Positions 59,574-64,000 of a stretch of 64,000 nucleotides of DNA are shown here, in pieces. The notes under the pieces were generated by a model. The model saw only the letters and a program-made list of their open reading frames with translations, had not been told where the DNA came from and ran no database searches. Made by a program: the position numbers and the translations under genes. Origin of the DNA: a virus; IMG/VR virus record IMGVR_UViG_3300044624_002142, positions 32,001 through 96,000 of that record. One strand, given 5' to 3'. Position 1 is the stretch's first letter; each line of letters starts with the position of its first letter.

Positions 59574-60035
59574 ATGAAATACATCTCTCATAGAGGCAAT
59601 CTAAGTGGTCCAAATTCAGACAAAGAAAATCATCCCGATTATATTAAAAAAGCATTAAAATTGGATTATGATGTTGAAATTGACGTGTGGTATACTGATG
59701 AAAAGTGGTATTTGGGACACGATAGTCCAACGTATCAAGTAAAATATGATTTTCTAACAGATCGAAGATTTTGGTTACATGCCAAAAATGGTGATGCATT
59801 TAATTTGTTGGTACAAGACTATACAGTAAATGTATTTTGGCATACCACTGAAGATTGGGTTTTAACCAGCAAGAGATTTATATGGACGTATCCTGGCAAG
59901 CAATTATATCCTGAAAGTGTGTGTGTTTTGCCAGAACACTCATGGGTGGGAGATCTTACAAAATGCCACGCAGTATGTACTGACTTTGTAAAAGAATTTC
60001 CAGAACAGTTTGAGGAAGAATACTGGATAAATTAA
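59574..60035 (+). CDS. GDPD/PLC-like phosphodiesterase
   Basis: 'ISHRGN','EN','DVEIDVW','LGHD','WLHAKN','VCTD'. Confidence 0.75.
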   Translation: MKYISHRGNLSGPNSDKENHPDYIKKALKLDYDVEIDVWYTDEKWYLGHDSPTYQVKYDFLTDRRFWLHAKNGDAFNLLVQDYTVNVFWHTTEDWVLTSKRFIWTYPGKQLYPESVCVLPEHSWVGDLTKCHAVCTDFVKEFPEQFEEEYWIN

Positions 60036-60036
60036 G

Positions 60037-60065
60037 TGGACAAATCAAGGTAGGTAGAATATAGT
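60037..60065 (+). promoter_or_regulatory. sigma70-like promoter of the clamp operon
   Basis: TGGACA-17nt-TATAGT. Confidence 0.5.
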
Positions 60066-60086
60066 GTGAGGAACAATTAAAAAGTT

Positions 60087-60830
60087 ATGACAAAGACAAA
60101 TCTACAAAAATTCATTAACAAATACTCTCTTAATGGAGAGGTACCATCAGTCAAGTGGAACGTTTCCGCTAAAAACAAGCAACTCAGTTTGAGTGCTATT
60201 ACTAACGATAAGAGTTTGATTTATGACGTTACTTGGAAGAACGTTGAAGAATTGAACGCCGAATATGAGATCGGTGTTTATGACACTGACAAGTTGCAGA
60301 AGATGTTGAAGGCTCTAGGTGAAGAAATTACCATGACCGTCAATGAAACTGATGGACGGGTTACATCTCTTTCATTCTCCGATGGAACATCTGAAATTCA
60401 GTTTATGACCGCTGAATTGACAGTAATTCCCAAGTCTTCTCGTCTCAAGTCTACACCTCCATATCATTTTGAAATTGATCTTACAGAGGAATTTATCGCT
60501 AAGTATCGTAGTGCGAAGGATGCTCTTTCTGAAGAGAGTAAGTTTACATTGTTGATGAACAAGAAGAGTAAGAAGGTTCAGTTGGTTCTTGGCTATGCTT
60601 CAATCAATAGTAACCGTGTTACTTTGGATGTTCCTATCAAGGATGGAACAGCTAAGTTGGAAAAGCCTTTGAATTTCAACGCTGATTTCTTCAAGTCGGT
60701 GTTGGATGCAAACAACGAGTGTGAAAATGCTGTGTTGAAGGTGTCTGAAGCCGGATTGGCGTCAGTTGAATTTAATACTGATACATTTTCTGCTACGTAT
60801 CACTTTGGTCCGGTCCAACCTAACGAATAA
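60087..60830 (+). CDS. DNA sliding clamp (gp45/PCNA-like)
   Basis: 247 aa, 'EIGVYD..KL', 'LNFNADFF','LKVSEAGLASVEF'; directly upstream of clamp loader. Confidence 0.75.
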   Translation: MTKTNLQKFINKYSLNGEVPSVKWNVSAKNKQLSLSAITNDKSLIYDVTWKNVEELNAEYEIGVYDTDKLQKMLKALGEEITMTVNETDGRVTSLSFSDGTSEIQFMTAELTVIPKSSRLKSTPPYHFEIDLTEEFIAKYRSAKDALSEESKFTLLMNKKSKKVQLVLGYASINSNRVTLDVPIKDGTAKLEKPLNFNADFFKSVLDANNECENAVLKVSEAGLASVEFNTDTFSATYHFGPVQPNE

Positions 60831-60835
60831 TTCAT

Positions 60836-61804
60836 ATGGATGCCTTTTTTGAAGAGGTGAGTCATACCGACGATAAGAAGGTTCATAGTTTGTGGGTTGA
60901 AAAGTATCGACCCACAATTATTGAAGATTATATCGGAAATGAAAACATCATAACCACAATTAAGAGTTATATTGACCAGCAGAACATTCCACATTTGATG
61001 TTGTATGGCGGTGCTGGTACTGGAAAGACAACGTTGGCTAAACTGTTGACTAAACAGATCAACTGTGATGTATTGTATATCAACGCATCTGATGAAAATA
61101 AGGTTGAGAATGTTCGAACCAAGATTAAGAGTTTTGCATCATGTGTGGGTATCAAACCGCTGAAGATTATTATTCTGGACGAGTGTGATTATATGTCACC
61201 AGAGGCACAAGCGGCTCTTCGTAACCTTATGGAGACGTTTAGTATGTCTACGAGGTTTATTCTGACATGTAACTATCATGAGAAGATGATTCTTCCCATT
61301 GTATCACGTTGTATGACCTTTGAGATTGCTCCGATGACTAAGGTTTCGGTTGCGGTACATTTGACTAAGATTCTTAAGTCAGAAAACGTTGAATATCAGA
61401 ATGATGATTTGGCGTATATCGTAAACACATATTATCCGGATATTCGTAAGATTATTAATGTGGCACAACAATCTACTTTTGAAGGTAAGTTGAAGGTTAA
61501 TAAGGATTCTTCGTTGAAAACTGACACACATCAAAAGTTGGTGGACATGATTAAGAATGGTATTGGTAAGCCAAATGCCTTTAATGATATTCGACAATTT
61601 GTTGTGGATCAGCGTATCAAAGTGTATGATGATTATTTCTCAGTGTTGTATCAGAAGGTTGATGATTATGCTAATGGTAAGCAGGCAATAGCTACGATTA
61701 TTATCTCTGAGTATATGTATCAATGTAGTTTGTTGATTCCTCCATTGAAAGAAATTGCTTTGATGGCATGTATTAGTAAACTTTTAACAGATTTGAGAAA
61801 ATGA
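60836..61804 (+). CDS. Clamp loader ATPase (gp44/RFC-like)
   Basis: 'LWVEKYRP','GGAGTGKT','INASDE','ILDECD','AQAALRNLME','SRC','PDIR'. Confidence 0.95.
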   Translation: MDAFFEEVSHTDDKKVHSLWVEKYRPTIIEDYIGNENIITTIKSYIDQQNIPHLMLYGGAGTGKTTLAKLLTKQINCDVLYINASDENKVENVRTKIKSFASCVGIKPLKIIILDECDYMSPEAQAALRNLMETFSMSTRFILTCNYHEKMILPIVSRCMTFEIAPMTKVSVAVHLTKILKSENVEYQNDDLAYIVNTYYPDIRKIINVAQQSTFEGKLKVNKDSSLKTDTHQKLVDMIKNGIGKPNAFNDIRQFVVDQRIKVYDDYFSVLYQKVDDYANGKQAIATIIISEYMYQCSLLIPPLKEIALMACISKLLTDLRK

Positions 61805-61989
61805 AACTAACAGAAAAAATCTCAAATAAATTTAGAAAACGTTTATGGTATAACCGTTTGGAAACGGGCTTCAATAAACGTGAGTTTATTATTTATTGCA
61901 ATTATTATCCTTACACCGAGGATGGTGTCGTGTATGATTTTGCTAAAAAAAATAAAATTAAAATAATTATACGTCCAATTGGAACGTAA
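61801..61989 (+). CDS. Hypothetical protein
   Basis: 62-aa ORF with ATGA overlap. Confidence 0.45.
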   Translation: MKLTEKISNKFRKRLWYNRLETGFNKREFIIYCNYYPYTEDGVVYDFAKKNKIKIIIRPIGT

Positions 61990-62013
61990 TATATATATAT
62001 ATTCACATAAATT

Positions 62014-62385
62014 ATGGTAAAAATAAGTGTTGATGAAGGTTATGCGTTTGATATTTTGAGTATTTTTCAAGTTAAGATACATAATTGTACAGATCCAATT
62101 AAAATTGAAACAAGCAAACGGGGATTTTCCGTTCTTTATGAAGAACTGAAAGCTCAGTTGGGCCAAGAAAAGTTATCAGAAATCATAAACTCAAGTGAGT
62201 ATGATGAGTTGTATACAGAAAATCAAACAACGTTTGTATTGGTAGATGCAATTCGCGCAAGTGATGAAAACTCTATTGGCAAAGATATTGATTTGAACAA
62301 TCTACGTCGTTTTGAATGTAAACGTAAATTGCATAATAAATTCTTTGATTCTCAAATGTTAGAAACTAAAACAAAATATGAATAA
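62014..62385 (+). CDS. Hypothetical protein (DUF6165-like)
   Basis: 'ISVDEGYAFDILSIFQVK...N..RFECKRKL...ETK'. Confidence 0.5.
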   Translation: MVKISVDEGYAFDILSIFQVKIHNCTDPIKIETSKRGFSVLYEELKAQLGQEKLSEIINSSEYDELYTENQTTFVLVDAIRASDENSIGKDIDLNNLRRFECKRKLHNKFFDSQMLETKTKYE

Positions 62386-62581
62386 ACGTCAAATTTTAAA
62401 AGATGTCTGGGATACTTGGGCTACAAAAGAGTGGTTTAAATATGCTAACTACGAAAATGAACAATCCAACAAAATTGTGATTCAAGCCAGTTATTATCCT
62501 ACATTGGAAATGGCTCAATTCAGAATGTTTATGGGTAAGTATACTGATGTTCAATACGAAGTGACATATCCAAAGGGATGA
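62378..62581 (+). CDS. Hypothetical protein
   Basis: 67-aa ORF overlapping the previous stop. Confidence 0.5.
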   Translation: MNKRQILKDVWDTWATKEWFKYANYENEQSNKIVIQASYYPTLEMAQFRMFMGKYTDVQYEVTYPKG

Positions 62582-62588
62582 ATAAATT

Positions 62589-62828
62589 ATGGAAATAGAA
62601 CTAACCATGAAAGATAAGGTAGTCAACAAAATCATTATTCAACATGATGATTTGAAGTTTGATGGCAAAACTATTACTATCCCAAGTTATTATGACAGTA
62701 TTATTTATGATTATCTAAAGTATGTGGATACTAAAAATATGAATGATGCAGATAAACAAGATTATCTAGCATTCTGTAAATTTTTTGAAGATGTTATGGA
62801 TTATAAGTCAGATAAAGTTATTAACTAG
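62589..62828 (+). CDS. Hypothetical protein
   Basis: 79-aa ORF in a tight array. Confidence 0.55.
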   Translation: MEIELTMKDKVVNKIIIQHDDLKFDGKTITIPSYYDSIIYDYLKYVDTKNMNDADKQDYLAFCKFFEDVMDYKSDKVIN

Positions 62829-62831
62829 TTT

Positions 62832-63416
62832 ATGGGAATGTATGATGACATAGTATGTAAATACCCTCTTCCTTTACCAGAAGATACTAAAGGATTTCAC
62901 CCATGTGGATTTCAAACCAAAGATTTAGATAATGCTTTAGATTGTTATGAAATCCGTGAAGATGGCACACTATGGTTGCGTGAATGTGAACGTGAATATA
63001 CTGAAGGCAATCCGGATGGTAAAACATGGTCAGAAAAGTTTGGTATTGTAAAAGAAATCAAAGTTTGGTGGACTCATGTAAAAACAACCAGAACCATACG
63101 TATCTATGATTATAACAATTATAATGATGGACCATATGACTATTGGGTTGAATTTGAAATTGAATTTGTTGACGGCGTTATTAACAAGATTAACCTTGTA
63201 AAGTTTGAAGCCACTGATAACGCTAAAAGAAAAGAAAATGATAGACGATTCATTGAAGAACTTAAAAAGAACAAAGAGTTTGAATCTACTAATTTTTATA
63301 AATTACTAATCAAACCATATAACAAAGTAGTTAGATTTTGGACAAGACAAGTGAGTAAATTTGCCACTCTTTTGTTAAGTGTTTGTTATAAGATTGAAAG
63401 AAAACTGGTTATATGA
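62832..63416 (+). CDS. Hypothetical phage protein
   Basis: 'MGMYDDIVCKYPLP...FQTKDLD...YEIREDG.L','WVEFEIEFVDG'. Confidence 0.65.
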   Translation: MGMYDDIVCKYPLPLPEDTKGFHPCGFQTKDLDNALDCYEIREDGTLWLRECEREYTEGNPDGKTWSEKFGIVKEIKVWWTHVKTTRTIRIYDYNNYNDGPYDYWVEFEIEFVDGVINKINLVKFEATDNAKRKENDRRFIEELKKNKEFESTNFYKLLIKPYNKVVRFWTRQVSKFATLLLSVCYKIERKLVI

Positions 63417-64000
63417 ATTTGAAAATGTTTGATATTTTGCCGGAATATATTCAGTGTATGAACCAGACCGATGGTGTTTGTTATATATACCAGTCGGGTG
63501 TTAGTGGCTATGCTAATGCAGCTAAAGGTTATATCTATGATTTATTAAAAAAAGTAAACGTAGTTACTAAACCGTGCGAATTTGATCAAACTCATGTAAT
63601 TGAGTCTGGAGAGTTTGAACAAACAATTAAAACACTTACAAATAACAATGTTGTATATAAAAATATAATTGTTCATTCTACACCGGACATGTGGGATTAT
63701 TTGATTGATAAGACCGAAGTTAAAATTCATAATCGAAATATCATTGGTAGAACTGTTTGGGAGTTTGATCCTCTTATTCCAAATTGGGTAAATGCAATAA
63801 ACAAAAGCATTGTAAAAATTGTTAGTGTTCCTACAGAATGGAACAAACAGGTTTTTGAACGTAGCGGAGTTACAAAACCTATTATTGTTGAACCACATAT
63901 AAATGTTACGTTTCCATATACTAAGGTTGATTTAAAGAAACTAATTGAAGATAAAGGAGAAGTCCTTTACAATGGAGATTTTTCTCAATTTGATTTACAA
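63413..64000 (+). CDS. GT4-like glycosyltransferase, N-terminal part (runs off window; not in ORF track)
   Basis: Open frame from ATG 63413: 'SGYANAAKGY','HSTPD','IGRTVWE','VPTEWNKQVF..SGV..PI.V.PH'. Confidence 0.8.
   Translation, partial: MNLKMFDILPEYIQCMNQTDGVCYIYQSGVSGYANAAKGYIYDLLKKVNVVTKPCEFDQTHVIESGEFEQTIKTLTNNNVVYKNIIVHSTPDMWDYLIDKTEVKIHNRNIIGRTVWEFDPLIPNWVNAINKSIVKIVSVPTEWNKQVFERSGVTKPIIVEPHINVTFPYTKVDLKKLIEDKGEVLYNGDFSQFDLQ

Noticed and set aside
63545-63898. Minus-strand 117-aa ORF
   Set aside because: Antisense to the plus-strand glycosyltransferase that runs off the window end
1-64000. Stop-codon reassignment, tRNA or rRNA genes
   Set aside because: Standard-code ORFs tile the window at high density; intergenic gaps are short and show no cloverleaf signatures

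Overview
64-kb fragment of an AT-rich, gene-dense, T4-like large/jumbo myovirus genome (standard code; no tRNA, rRNA or CRISPR array seen). Order: end of the tail/baseplate module (1-6.3 kb); replication, recombination and nucleotide genes (degenerate PolA-like domain, gp32-like SSB, UvsX/RecA, 5'-3' exonuclease, gp41-like helicase, NrdAB, AAA+/VWA pair, DUF4338-like protein, UvsE, gp62-like subunit, dNMP kinase); a very large glycosylation region (RmlA/RmlB, NRS/ER-type epimerase-reductase, sugar C-methyltransferase, then a 14.6-kb minus-strand block of GT2/GT4/GT6/GT7/GT11/HtrL/FkbM genes with dUTPase); a Cas4-like nuclease; a FecR-like secreted protein; PolB; an 8-kb island between PolB and the sliding clamp; clamp and clamp loader. 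The most striking element is that island. It holds a form-IV RuBisCO-like protein with non-carboxylase active-site substitutions, two sugar nucleotidyltransferases (one fused to a HAD phosphatase), a cupin, a GDPD-like phosphodiesterase, methyltransferases and two WavE-like paralogs, and is a candidate pathway for an unusual nucleotide sugar. All family calls come from motif recognition by eye, not database searches.
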